Below, piece after piece: positions 41,471 to 54,033 of a DNA stretch of 64,000 nucleotides. The notes under the pieces are model-generated. The model was given only the letters and a program-made list of their open reading frames with translations, did not search any database and had not been told where the DNA came from. Origin of the DNA: Selaginella moellendorffii. Taxonomy: Eukaryota > Plantae > Lycopodiophyta. The position numbers were made by a program, and so were the translations under genes. The stretch lies in the NCBI RefSeq assembly GCF_000143415.4, contig NW_003314389.1:327842-391841 (forward strand). Reading direction: 5' to 3'. Position 1 is the stretch's first letter. Each line of letters starts with the position of its first letter.

Positions 41471-41575
41471 AAAATAAATTGAGTCCAAGACCGACTCTAA
41501 GACCGAGTTCGAGGCTGACTTCGAGACCAAGTTGGAGACAGAGTCCAAGATCCGAGATCGGGTCTAAGACCGAGT

Positions 41576-41751
41576 TGTAAGCTCCTAAGTTTAGACTTCC
41601 CGAGAGGTCACCCAGCCCAGTACTATTCAAACCCAAGGATGTTTAACCAAATATCCCAAGACCCTTAACCAATTGGAAAAGGGGGTGCCCTTTCCCTCTA
41701 TATTTGAACCCCATGGACTGTCTCTCAAGTCGTTCTCTTTGGTTGCTTACA
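41576..41751 (-). mobile_element. Cassandra-like TRIM solo LTR (176 bp) with 5S rRNA segment
   Basis: Perfect termini TGTAAGC...GCTTACA. Perfect TSD CGAGT (41571-41575 / 41752-41756). 5S-like segment at 41594-41648 on the minus strand. Reverse homolog of 33834-34027. Confidence 0.92.
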
Positions 41752-42099
41752 CGAGTTTGAGGTTGAGTCTGAAGTCAAGTCTGAGATCGGGTCCGAGGTT
41801 GAGTTTGAGATTGAGTCCGAGACCGAATTCAAAGTCAAGTCTGAGATCGAGTCCGAGATCAAGACTGAGACTGAGTCCGAGATCACGACCGAGACTGAGT
41901 CCAAGTACTAGTACAGGTCGAGAGGTGAAAGCCCAAAGTGTGTGTCTCCCAGGGGTGGTGGGCTGTAGAGGGTTCCAAAAGTATAGTAGGGATAGTGAGG
42001 TCCAGGAACCAATCTTGAAGGTACTCTCCAGTGGTGCTTCCAAACTGACTTGAGGTTGAGACTAGGGCTGAGGGGCCTTGGGTGGGAGTGAGCATGGAC

Positions 42100-44113
42100 T
42101 CAGGTGGTGCTAGAGGGGCCACCCAAGGAAGTGCTCAAGAGCAGCTCCCACTCCTGGAAGGGAAACCGACTACAGTGCTCTCAGCTCATGAAAAGTGGTG
42201 CCCCACTTAAGTATCTTGCAGCTCAATGGTCCTCGCCCTTCCTAAGTCTTGGTGGAGAACGACAGAGGCCAACAAAGGATCAGTGGCCACTTGGGAAATG
42301 ATGAAGGCAAGGATCCACGCGACTTATGTTCCTCCGAATGCTACTTTGCACCTAAGGGATGAGCTGAGTAGGCTGAAGCAAACCGGAACCATTCAAGAGT
42401 ATGTGAATGGGTTTATGGCAAAGAGGTTATTGGTCATGAATATGGGTGATATGGATGTGTTCCATGCCTTCATATTAGGCTTGCAAACCTAGGCTCGCGG
42501 CAAGGTAATGCGTTGGAACCCGATCAACTACAAGGAAGTGTTGGATGTGGCTATCAAGGTGCATTTCAATGATAACCTGGGAAAGGGGAACATGACAAGG
42601 TCAGGGTCCACATTTAGCAAAGGGGCCAAACCAAGGGGAATATATAGCAAAGGGAAATTCAAGAAGAGTTTCTCTAAGAATGAGTCCTCGAGGTTCTAGA
42701 AAGGCAGATCCGGTGGCTAGAAAGTATATGGGGTAGTCAAGAAAAAAGAGACAAACCCACGGATAAGAAGGTCAACTCTTCTAGCAGTGTGAGAAATAAT
42801 GTATGCTACAACTGCGGTGAAGCGGGACACTTTTCAAGGGAATGTCCCTACCTAAAGAAGGCCAGAGCCAATATGACCATTAAGTCGAGTGAAACCCAAA
42901 CTAAGGTATGTGATCTAGTCCCTAGCTCAAAGTTACTCATTACACGAGCAACTTTGGTAGAGAGTCGTTTGCGACATCTACTAGCCCTTCGAGGGAAGCT
43001 CGGAGGTAACTTTGTTAAGATCCTTATTGACATGGGTGCTTCAGATAATTTTGTGGCTGCAAACATAGTCTAACAAAGCAAACTAACGGTGCAGTAGCTA
43101 GATGAACCAAGGATGATAAAGTTTGTTCAAGGTAGCCAAAGCACTGATGAGATACTTCGACAAGCAAGAGTCGAAGTAGGGACATGGAAAGTAGACATGG
43201 ATTTCACCGTGCTGGACATGGTAGGATTTAATGTAATCTTTGAGATGGATTGGTTCAATCGGTTTATAGTAGCTTTGCATGGACAAGGTAGAAACCTTGT
43301 GGTACTGGTGAATGCCCTGGGAGAACGATCTAGGGTGGAGGCCTAGGATATAAAGGTAGGGCAATGTAAGGCCAAAGACTCCTACTTAAACTTGGTGTCC
43401 ACAAGAGGACAACTCACTAAAGGAACTAAGGCAGCATTTTTATGCTTGCTCTCAGTGAAGAGTGACAAAAAGATGGGAATGGAAGAAATACCTTTAGTGA
43501 TCTAGCGAGTGTTGAACCAATTCCAAAATACCATGCCAGAGGAGCTACCGGCGGGGTTGGCCCCCGCACGACCAATAAAACATAGGATTGAGCTGATCGA
43601 GGGTGCTAAGGTAGTGGTTCATCCACCCTATCGCTTGAATGAAAAGGAACTCTAGGAGCTCAAGCGCCAACTAGAAGAGTTGGTGGACAAAGGGTATGTT
43701 AGGTTGAGCAAGTTGCTGTATGGGGCACCGGTGTTATTTGTGAAAAAGAAAGATGGTTCTATGTGCATGTGCATAGACTACCGGTTGCCTAACAAGTATA
43801 CAATGAAAAACAAATACCCTTTGCCAAGGATTGAGGACCTATTCGATAGGTTGGGAAAGGCAAAATACTTCTCGAGGATTGACTTAAAGTTAGGATACTA
43901 CCAGATCAGGGTAGTAGAGGAAGATGTCAAGAAGACAACCTATCAAACAAGGTATGGGAGCTTTGAGTTTCTAGTGATGCCCTTCGGGCTATGCAATGCG
44001 CCAACAACATTTTCGGCATTGATGGATCACATCTTCGTACCCTATCTAGATCACTTCGTGGTCATTTATATTGACAACATCCTGATCTATAGCGAGACGC
44101 TAGAGGAGGATGC
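42100..44113 (+). mobile_element. Gypsy family C copy 2, 5' part: gag, CCHC, protease, RT
   Basis: CYNCGEAGHFSREC; ILIDMGASDNFV; [41 protein letters not shown]. Several in-frame stops. Confidence 0.93.
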
Positions 44114-45689
44114 TTCGGATCTACTAGAAAAGTCTCTGCGTATGCAACTTGAGTTAGAAAATCCAACAAAAGTTGGATAGGAATTGCTGAGACAATTTCT
44201 CTGATGACAAATGTAGCGCACCTGAATTTGGAGCCGAACTCCAAGCTCGTTGCGCTACGAAACGAGGGTCCGGTACAATCCCACGAGCACCAGCTCCCCG
44301 TATCCAGCACCTACACGCAAAATGGTGTCAGACAGAGTCTGGCACAATTTTGGCATACCAGTGGCCTAACACGAGGAGGAGGGTACTCCACCAACTAGAG
44401 CAACGTGGATCTTGGGCTTAGACCCAAGCCGGACGCAGAACAAGGAGCAACACAGCCCAACGGGAGCCAAATTAATGTCTTAGGTGGTCGGACATGCATT
44501 CCAACAAGCCTCCATTAGTACTAGGAGTTGGTCTCTAGGACAAGTTTGAAACTTACTAAATATGGAATGACCTTAGATTGCGAATTTGGACACGGGACGA
44601 ACACCATTGTGTTCAGGTCAACCTCTACATTCCGTAGATATGCCAAATGAGCAAATCTAGACACTTTCCATAAATAGCACTTAGGACCGAAATGAGACTA
44701 ACACAAAGGGTGTGATAGCGAGGGTGTTTGGCAAACAAGGTAAGCTATCATCTAGCGAATATTGAGGGACTAGTCTCAATATCGCGGGGGTTCCCAACAC
44801 TAGCAAGTGCAAGTCAACATCATGAGTTTCTCACCACCGTGTCAAGTATGCTTGACTTAATGACAACTTAGGATTTCCTTCCTTAGTGCCCTTCCGGTCT
44901 AAGTGCACATGTGCTGACCAGTTTCTCAACTAGCTTGGGCGGAGACCATAAAGGGAACCAGCAGTACTGACCTCCTGCCGTCGTGGCAGTAAGGAGAGAG
45001 TGTCCGTAAGTACTAGCGGACAAGTATCTTTCAATACCCGAAGTCACATTCGCGACACTCTCCCCCCCCCCCCCTTGGGGAAGATCGACGTCCTCGTCGA
45101 TGCATACCCGAGTCTAGCAAACTGTCAAGGAAACAACTCCGAAAGTTAACGGAAAGCACACTATGTGGGAAACACACCGACTTAAATGAGTTATGGAACG
45201 ACCTCTCCTCTATGTCTAAAGATGCTAAGACTCAGACACCCTCCGGCCGTCACCGAGAAAGAAATGACTAATGGAGTTAGCCACCCTTGCTACTCCGAGT
45301 ACCACTTGGCTTACAAAGGAATGATACATCCCTGCCCACAGGGACATAAGGAGAAGGCCAGAGGCCCAACTGCCCTTGAGCAAGAAATCAACCCCATCAG
45401 GAAGATTTAGACAACTATCATAAATGGGCAGATTAAGTTGTTTACACGACCATGCTCCTTTGGCAAAAGTGAGTCATCGAGAGAGAGGCGGGGACTTGTG
45501 ATCAGTCGATAATAGCTATCCCCATGGTTATGGATTGGACCCATGCACCAAAGTGCCGATGTCAGTCTGCTAAAACTGACCCAAGTACGAACAAACGATA
45601 GAAATGACACTTTGATTTAGAGAAATATAGTATTTTATTAATTTGCAAGATTTATTAAAAGATTTACAAAAGCTATTTTTTATGACTAT

Positions 45690-45930
45690 TCTCATACTCC
45701 GTGACAAGCTCACAGGCATGTGTAAGATTACTAAGAGGTTCCCAAGTTGATTCACAAGTCGGGTAACCTTTCCACTTAACTAGATATTCCTTCGCACAAC
45801 CATCACGTGCCTTACGAGACAAAAGGATGACCTCACCTCATACTCCGGTTCACCATCCATAACATCTGGAGCTGGACGAACATTCCTAGAGTGGCTAGGA
45901 TCCTCATGATATGGGGCAAGTAAACAGTTG
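45690..45930 (-). pseudogene. Integrase C-terminal tail + chromodomain fragment
   Basis: LAPYHED...DGEPEYEV (frameshift) ...KEYLVKWKGYPTCESTWEPLSNLTHA. Confidence 0.85.
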
Positions 45931-45933
45931 CTG

Positions 45934-46956
45934 CTACTTGTACCCATCAGGAGGAGGAATAGAGGGCCTAGGACCAGAAGAAGCAACTGGTGGTCTCCAA
46001 CCACCACCACCTTTGTTAACCGTAGCTTGTGAGCCCCTAGGGCGATACCTACTTTCCACCCTTTGTTTCTGATCACCTTGCTTATTCCCAGAATTTCTAT
46101 TCTTATCCGAGTTACCAGCATGTGGTTGCTGATATTGTTCTATGAGCAAGTGACTAAAGGCAACTTGCTGCGTTGCCTCCTTACAATCCAAGTATGTCTT
46201 CGGCTTAAACTTCAAAATCTCATTGCGAGAAAATGAACTTAAACCCTCCAAAAAATAACTCCGAGCATCTTCGTCACTCATATTTGCAATCATAATGCAC
46301 TTCTGAGCAAACGCATTAACGTAATGCATAAGGTCCCCTCGCTGCTTTAACTATCGCAGCTCCGCACGAAGTCTCAGACCAAGATCATTTGGCAAGTATT
46401 CCTTACGGATACGAGACCGCATCTTGGTCCAACTTCTAGTCTGCCCTTTTTTAGCACACACCTAGTGCCACTAAGTTTTGGCATGATCAGTGAGAAAGGA
46501 TTGCGCACACGCAACTTTCATATGATCATCTACGTCTGCCGCTATGAAATAATTTTCCATATCGTAGACCCAGTCTTCCAAAACCTGATAGTCCCGGATG
46601 CCTCTGAAATTGGGTGGTTTCGGAGGTTTGAACTTTGAAACTCGTGCAACCGGGGGTGGCTGCAGAACTTCATCATCCTCAGAACTTGAAGAGGAGTCCG
46701 GTTGCTTAGGTTTAGCTGGTTTAGCTGCCTCAGCTTCTTTCTTCCTCTTCTTGTTCTCCTTCTTCAATTTGCGAACTTCCCTTCGCAAATTCTCAATCTC
46801 CACTTCCTAAGCCATATGCTGCAATGCCGCAACATCTGGCTCTTCCTCTTCTGACTCGGCCTTAGCCTCTTCCGCAGCATCTCTAGCAGGAGTTTCCTCC
46901 TCTCGATTCGCCCATCTAGAGGTTTCAGCGTCATCACCACGGTTCCTCTTCACCAT
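45934..46956 (-). pseudogene. Family A gag (few stops)
   Basis: KPPKPPNFRGIRDYQVLEDWVYDMENYF...FLTDHAKT(W)W; YVNAFAQKCIMIANMSDEDARSYFLEGL. Confidence 0.85.
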
Positions 46957-47819
46957 CCTGCTAGCTGCATGCATGCCTCTATTAATAACTGAACATGCAT
47001 ACAACGTTCTTACCGAATGGTGCTATCCAACTAATCCTACACAGGTCACTTTGGATCTACTAGAAAAGTCTCTCCGTATGCAATTTGAGTCAGAAAATCC
47101 GACAAAAGTTGGATAGGAATTGCTGAGACAATTTCTCTGATACCAAATGTAGCGCACCTGAATTTGGAGCTGAACTCCAAGAACGTTGTGCTACGAAACG
47201 AGGGTCCGGTACAATCCCACAAGCACGAGCTCCCCGTATCCAGCACCTGCACGCAAAATGGTGTCAGACGCAGTCTAGCACAATTTTGGCATACCAGTGG
47301 CCTAATGCGAGGAGGAGGGTACTCCACCAACTAGAGCAGCGTGGAGCTTGGGCTTAGACCCAAACCGGACGCAGAACAAGGAGCAACACAGCCCAATGGG
47401 AGCCAAACTAATGTCTCAGGTGGTCGGACTAGCATTTCAACCACTATCCCTACTATACATTTGGAACCCCCTACAGCCCCCCCCCCCCCCCCCCCCCCCT
47501 TGAGGGACACACGTTTTGGGCTTTCACCCCAAGCCTCCCTTAGTACCAGGAGTTAGTCTCTGGGACAAGTTCGAAACTTATTAAATATGGAATGACCTTA
47601 GATCACGAATTTCTACACGGGACGAACACCATTGTGTTCAGGCCGACCTTTACATTCCATAGATATGCCAAATGAGCAAATCTAGACACTTTCCATAAAT
47701 AGCACTTGGGACTGAAATGAGACTAACACAAAGGGTGTGATAGCGAGGGTGTTTGGAAAACACGGTAAGCTATCATCTAGCAAATATTGAGGGACTAATC
47801 TCAATATCGCAGGGGTTCC

Positions 47820-50800
47820 TGTGAGACACAAAATCCCTAGGCCCCAAAGTGGAGCCAGAAAGGGTGCCACGTGGTAGTGGCCGAAGCGAAAGCCCAAACG
47901 AGTGTAACACGTTTGGACTAAAAGCTCTGACTTGGAAGGTCGAGAGCAAAAGTGGAACTCCCAACAAAGTGCTCAAGGAGCGAGCACGAAGCGAGCAATA
48001 AGCAAGGCTCCAAAAAGAGACCCAAAAAGGACCAACAGATGACACATGGAAGTGTTCGAGATGGAATCCGAGACGGACCATAGTTGGAGTCCGAGATGGA
48101 CCCGAAGTGGAGTCCGATATGGAGTCCGAAGTGGAGTCCGAGAGTGAGTCCGATATGGAGTCCGAGATGGACCCGAAGTGGAGTCCGAGGTGGACCGAGA
48201 CGGAGTCCAAGATGGACCCGAGATGGAGTCCGAGATGGAGTCCGAGATGGACCCGAGATGGAGTCCAAGATGGAGTCCGAGGTGGACCGAGACGGAGTCC
48301 GAGATGGACCCGAGATGGAGTCCGAGATGGAGTCCGAGATGGAGTCCGAGGTGGACCGAGACGGAGTCCGAGATGGACCTGAGATGGAGTCCAAGATGGA
48401 CCGAGACGGAGTCCGAGATGGAGTCCGAGATGGACCGAGACGGAGTCCGAGATGGAGTCCGAGATAGAGTCCGAGAAGGACCCAAGATGGAGTCCGAGGT
48501 CGAGACCGAGACCGGGACCGAGACCGAGACCGAGGCCAAGGCTGAGACCGAGCCCGAGCCCGAGTCCGAGTCCGAGTCCAAGTCCGAGTCCAAGTCCGAG
48601 TCTGAGTCCAAGTCCGAGTCCGAGTCCGAGTCCGAGTCCGAGTCTGAGAGGGTGAAAGCCCAAAGCGTTCGTTTCCCAGACCCTGGGGGGGTTTGGTGAG
48701 CTCCAAAAGTATAGTAAGGGGGAGGACTGCAGTGGAGCCAGTTTGGCCAGGAAAGGCCAGTTTGGCCCAGGAAGGCCAGACCCAGTGTTGGGTGATGAAC
48801 TGACCACTAGGAAGTCCAAGACTAGAGTGAATACGGACCGACAAGCAGGGTAGCTTGGTGAAGTGTTCAAGAGCCGGCTCTAGTTCCCCCGGGAGATCGA
48901 CTGGCCGATGCTCCCAATCCAAGTGTGGGTGGCACTACCTACTTGGATACCAGGCGTGGCTCAACGGAACCTCGCTCTAAGCCCATGGCTAGAGCACCCA
49001 AAGGCGGAAGGCGGGGAGAGTACCTAGGTGGCTCGCGTAAGGCCACGGTGTTCCGAAGTGTTGTCCCAAAGTCCCAGACTGTGGAAAGGAAAAGGAGCAG
49101 TCTTTTGGTGTGGTGGCCAAGGATACGGTCACGTGGTGAGGAAGTCCCAGAGGACCATGGGACTTAGTGGTCAGGCCTGTGGGCCTCAATCCAGTGGCAG
49201 TGTTGGCAAACACGGCCAAGGGCAGAAAGGGAATTAGTGGGGACAGACAGAGGGATATTAGGGGAGGCTGTTCCCCTTGTCGGTGGGCATCCTAAGGATG
49301 CTAAGGAGTGGATTTGGGATGACCACTCACGGATGGTTGGCTCAGTCTTGGAGAGACAAGACTATGTTGCAAGTGGTATTGGATTACTAGTGCGGCAAAG
49401 GTGATTAGGCATGGCCTTAGCATAACAGGCTGCTATGTCGATGGTACCTTTGCGATATATGTTGCGATATAGTAAGTCAATGTCATGAAAAGAAATACTC
49501 ATTGTCAAGGAAGCCGTCATTGGGAAACCCAAACACTCTAGAACACCAGAAGGTGGTGTTTGATGTCACAAAGGGCAATAGATAAGGCCCAAGGGACTAA
49601 GTCCCTAGCAAATGATGGATAGAAGGTGCTATCCAAATGTCCAAGGTGGTGGAGATAGGAGAAGATTGTCTATTCAAATTGGACAAAGCCAAAAATGGAA
49701 TTTTGGCAAGGCTAGCGATGGGCATGTAAAGGCCCATAAGCAACAACGTAATCTCGGTGTGTGGGATTATAGGGTGAGCATACCTGGATTGAGGAACCAC
49801 TCCCTAGGCTATTGGGTAGGTTCATCCCTAAGAATACTTGCTAAGGTATGATAGAAAGTGCAAAGCTATCCTCTTGGTCGGGAGGAGAATGACCGAAGGA
49901 AAGGCGTGAAGCCAAAAAGCAAGAAGTAAGGGGGTAGAACAGAACCATAGGAATCGAATGGAATAACCAAGGTTGGTTATGCCAGCTGGGAGTGGAAAAT
50001 CAAGTGGGGGCTTGAGGGTGTTGCTGCTAGCAACCGTGATGCCATGGAGAGTCTAAAATATGGAATTGTTCATGTTAGACTATATGGTAATTGCAAAAAG
50101 GGAGGCCTTAGCAAGCTAAGGGATAAAGTTCCTTCAAGGTTAAGATGATTCTAGGTTGCTAAGTACCTAGAAAGGCCAAGCGTAAATGGTTCAAGGAACG
50201 CGCGAAATCAGAGTGGCGCAACAGAAGCGTGGTCTTGAAGCTTGCCATGAGGCAAGGCTATCAAGGTTAGGGAAGTAGTTCCCGAGTGTTCAAAGAGAGG
50301 GCTTTGAACGAAAGTAAATGATCAAGGGCTTTCACGCTTGTGCAGGAACCATGTTACAGTGGTCAGATGACTTGCCAAAGCGAGTCAGGGGAACAAATAC
50401 CCTAGTTGAAGGTGATAACTTCAAAAATGGTGGGCCATGGGGCCAAGCATGAAGGAGTCCATGCATAATCACAGACTTGTCAAGTGAGAGGACTTGGTAG
50501 TGTGGAGGAACTAGGTTCCTAAGCTGTGATCTATAGCGCGCTTTGAGTAAAAGTTAGTGCACCGGCGTGGAGAGTCACACCAGGCATCCTAGGGGATGCC
50601 ATCCGTAGATGCATATACGGAGGTTGGGTTCGAGTCCCGACCCTCTAGTGCTTGGGTTTGAGTCCCAAATCACTAGGGCGTGGTGATGGTTTGGAATATG
50701 AGGACACTTATATTTTGGTGGTCATGGACTCTTAATGAAAAGATTGGCTTGGGCACACTGCCAAGTGGGGGATGCCCCGGAGTCGTGATGCACGGTTAGA

Positions 50801-53800
50801 TTGCTTAGAGTGAAAGCTTGGCATATCTAACTTAAACACTTTGGTGCAAAAGGCACCACGGACGTGGTGAATGAGATGGGGACACCCAGTCTCAGTTGCT
50901 ATGGATCCTTGGCCGGAAGGGCTAGCTTGGGCGCACCACCAAGTGTGGGGGATGCCCCCGGGGTCATAGTCAACAACTTAGTAAGATCTGGAAGACCTAA
51001 TTCCTATTGGTAGACCTATTAAGGGGTCAAGATGAGATCACTAGGTGATCTTATGGCTAAACAAGGACAAGGTCTTTGTTTGGGTTAAGAAATAAGATTC
51101 TTCGTTCAAAGTGTTGATTTGAACTATTGATAAAGGTGTGGCTTGGTCAAGGTGACTAAGTGGGAAGGACGCATAAGGGAAATGAACTACTACAATACAA
51201 TGGTATTATGAGTTCAAGAAAATAGTCTCCAGAGACAGGCCCATGGGTGGGTCACAAGGTTGGGCTAGGAAGAGAGCCTAGAACAATTGGGGAGACTTAC
51301 TAGGGGTGAATACCCTAGTCTAGGCAAAGCAGATCCTTTGCTATGGAACCAAAAGAATACCTCCAGGAGGGAGGTAATGATCCTATGTTGCTTGGTGCAA
51401 CAATCCAAGGATAGGAGCAAAAGACGAGTGCCCAAGATAGGGCCGTGGAATCCATTGGAAAGAATCCAAGTGGCAAAGTTAGCCAAGGAACACTAATGTG
51501 TTTGATGCTAACGGATTGCGGAAAAAGAAGTGGACTTCCAAGGATGGATTCCCAAGTGCTCCAATTTGGCAAAGGAAAGGCTCCAAGTGAGGGAGCAACT
51601 AAGGAGCCAAAAGATAGGGCCGTGGACAGCCCTAGCACAAATAATGATAAATGGAACGTAATGCCAATGGTGGCACAAAAATAGAAAAGAGGATGAGGGT
51701 GCCCTCGAGTAGAGAACTTCCTAGGAGGGGAAGTGGAGTTGCACAAAATGTGCAAGGCAAGGTGTTGGAGACACCTAGGAAATTGACTTCAAGAAGTCAA
51801 AAGTAAACGTTCCAAAGTGCAAAGGTAGATCAATGGAATCTATGACTACTCAAGAATGAGTAGTGGAATTGAGTTAGAGAGGGTGTCTCTAATGGGTTTA
51901 GCGAGAACTGAACCAATAAAAAGGAGCAACCCACCCCAGGTGGTCAAGTGAGTCTATAAGTTGGAGAGACTATCCTCCTTAGAGGATGGGCAAGGCATGG
52001 TGAGCCTTTGGTGCCAAACCATTGACGAATATGGAGAAGGCATGGTGAGCCTTCAATGTCAAACCATTGACAAATATTGGCTAGGTGCCAAGGATGGAAA
52101 TGGTAATACATGCGGGTGTTACTTTATAAAATGGTTTACCGTTCGATGAGGACATCGAACTTCGTCTATGGGTGGTGGAGTTGTGAGACACAAAATCCCT
52201 AGGCCCCAAAGTGGAGCCGGAAAAGGTGCCACGTGGTAGTGGCCGAAGCAAAAGCCCAAACGAGTGTAACACGTTTGGACTAAAAGCTCTGACTTGGAAG
52301 GTCGAGAGCAGAAGTGGAACTCCCAACAAAGTGCTCAAGGAGCGAGCATGAGGCGAGCAATAAGCAAGGCTCCAAAAAGGGACCCAAAAAGGACCAACAC
52401 ATGACACATGGAAGTGTTCGAGATGGAATCCGAGACGGACCCTAGTTGGAGTCCGAGATGGACCTGAAGTGGAGTCTGATATGGAGTCCGAAGTGGAGTC
52501 CGAGATGGAGTCCGATATGGAGTCCGAGATGGACCTGAAGTGGAGTCTGAGGTGGACCGAGACGGAGTCCGAGATGGACCCGAGATGGAGTCCGAGATGG
52601 AGTCCGAGATGGACCCGAGATGGAGTCCGAGATGGAGTCCGAGGTGGACCGAGACGGAGTCCGAGATGGACCCGAGATGGAGTCCGAGATGGACCCGAGA
52701 TGGAGTCCGAGATGGAGTCCGAGGTGGACCCGAGATGGAGTCCGAGATGGACCCGAGATGGAGTCCGAGATGGAGTCCGAGGTGGACCAAGATGGAGTCC
52801 GAGATGGACCCGAGATGGAGTCCAAGATGGACCAAGACGGAGTCCGAGATGGAGTCTGAGATGGACCGAGATGGAGTCCAAGATGGAGTCTGAGAAGGAC
52901 CCGAGATGGAGTTTGAGGTCGAGACCGAGACCGGGACCGAGACCGAGACCGAGGCCAAGGCTGAGACCGAGCCCGAGCCCGAGTCCGAGTTCGAGTCTGA
53001 GTCCGAGTCTGAGTCCAAGTCCGAGTTCGAGTCTGAGAGGGTGAAAGCCCAAAGCGTTCGTCTCCCAGACCCTAGGGGGTTTGGTGAGCTCCAAAAGTAT
53101 AGTAAGGGGGAGGACTGCAGTGGAGCCAGTTTGGCTAGGAAAGGCCAGTTTGGCCCAGGAAGGCCAGACCTAGTGTTGGGTGATGAACTGACCACTAGGA
53201 AGTCCAAGACTAGAGTGAATACGGACCGACAAGCGGGGTAGCTTGGTGAAGTGTTCAAGAGCCGGCTCTAGTTCCCCCTGGAGATCGACTAGCCGATGCT
53301 CCCAATCCAAGTGTGGGTGGCACTACCTACTTGGATACCAGGCGTGGCTCAACGGAACCTCGCTCTAAGCCCATGGCTAGAGCACCCAAAGGCGGAAAGC
53401 AGGGAGAGTACCCAGGTGGCTTGCGTAAGGCCACGGTGTTCCGAAGTGTTGTCCCAAAGTCCCAGACTGTGGAAAGGAAAAGGAGCAGTCTTTTGGTGTG
53501 GTGGCCAAGGATACGGTCACGTGGTGAGAAAGTCCCAGAGGACCATGGGACTTAGTGGTCAGGCCTGTGGGCCTCAATCCAGTGGCAGTGTTGGCAAACA
53601 CGGCCAAGGGCAGAAAGGGACTTAGTGGGGACAGACAGAGGGATATTAAGGGAGGTTGTTCCCCTTGTTGGTGGGCATCCTAAGGATGCTAAGGAGTGGA
53701 TCTGGGATGACCACTCACGGATAGTTGGCTCAGTCTTGGAGAGACAAGACTGTGTTGCAAGTGGTATTGGATTACCAGTGCGGCAAAGGTGATTGGGCAT

Positions 53801-54033
53801 GGCCTTAGCGTAACAGGCTGCTATGTCGGTGGTACTTTTGAGTATCGGTCATGGGATCAAACACGTGGAGCACTTGGACCAGATTCAAGGGTGGAGTATC
53901 ATGGATGCCACTCTTGGGGCTAGCAAGTCCCAAGTCCGGAATTGGACTTATGGAGGTTGTGAATGAGACTCCTCCAAGTGGTCAGAGGTGTGGTTAAGTG
54001 ACTAAAGTAGAATGGAAAATTTAGTCGCTTACA
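47820..54033 (+). mobile_element. Family B LARD-like non-coding LTR element
   Basis: 5' LTR 47820-about 49451 (3' end and PBS deleted). 3' LTR 52182-54033. PPT GGGTGGTGGAG before 52182. TSD GTTCC/ATTCC. The internal 2.7 kb shows no retroelement motifs. Confidence 0.9.
48055..48646 (+). repeat. LTR-internal minisatellite (GAGATGGAGTCC/GAGATGGACCC units, then GAGACC and GAGTCC hexamers)
   Basis: Directly visible. Variable-length versions at 25200-25930, 31100-31380, 37140-37600, 38945-39230 and 52420-53035. Confidence 0.95.

Noticed and set aside
48055-48646. CRISPR-like appearance of the short repeats
   Set aside because: No unique spacers, no cas genes, eukaryotic LTR context.
48645-48810. 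Hammerhead ribozyme (retrozyme) or group II intron domain V around GGTGAAAGCC
   Set aside because: No CTGANGA core with compatible stems and no AGC/CGC-triad domain V stem found by eye.
50620-50670. tRNA gene
   Set aside because: Only T-arm-like hairpins; no acceptor stem, D-arm or anticodon arm identifiable.
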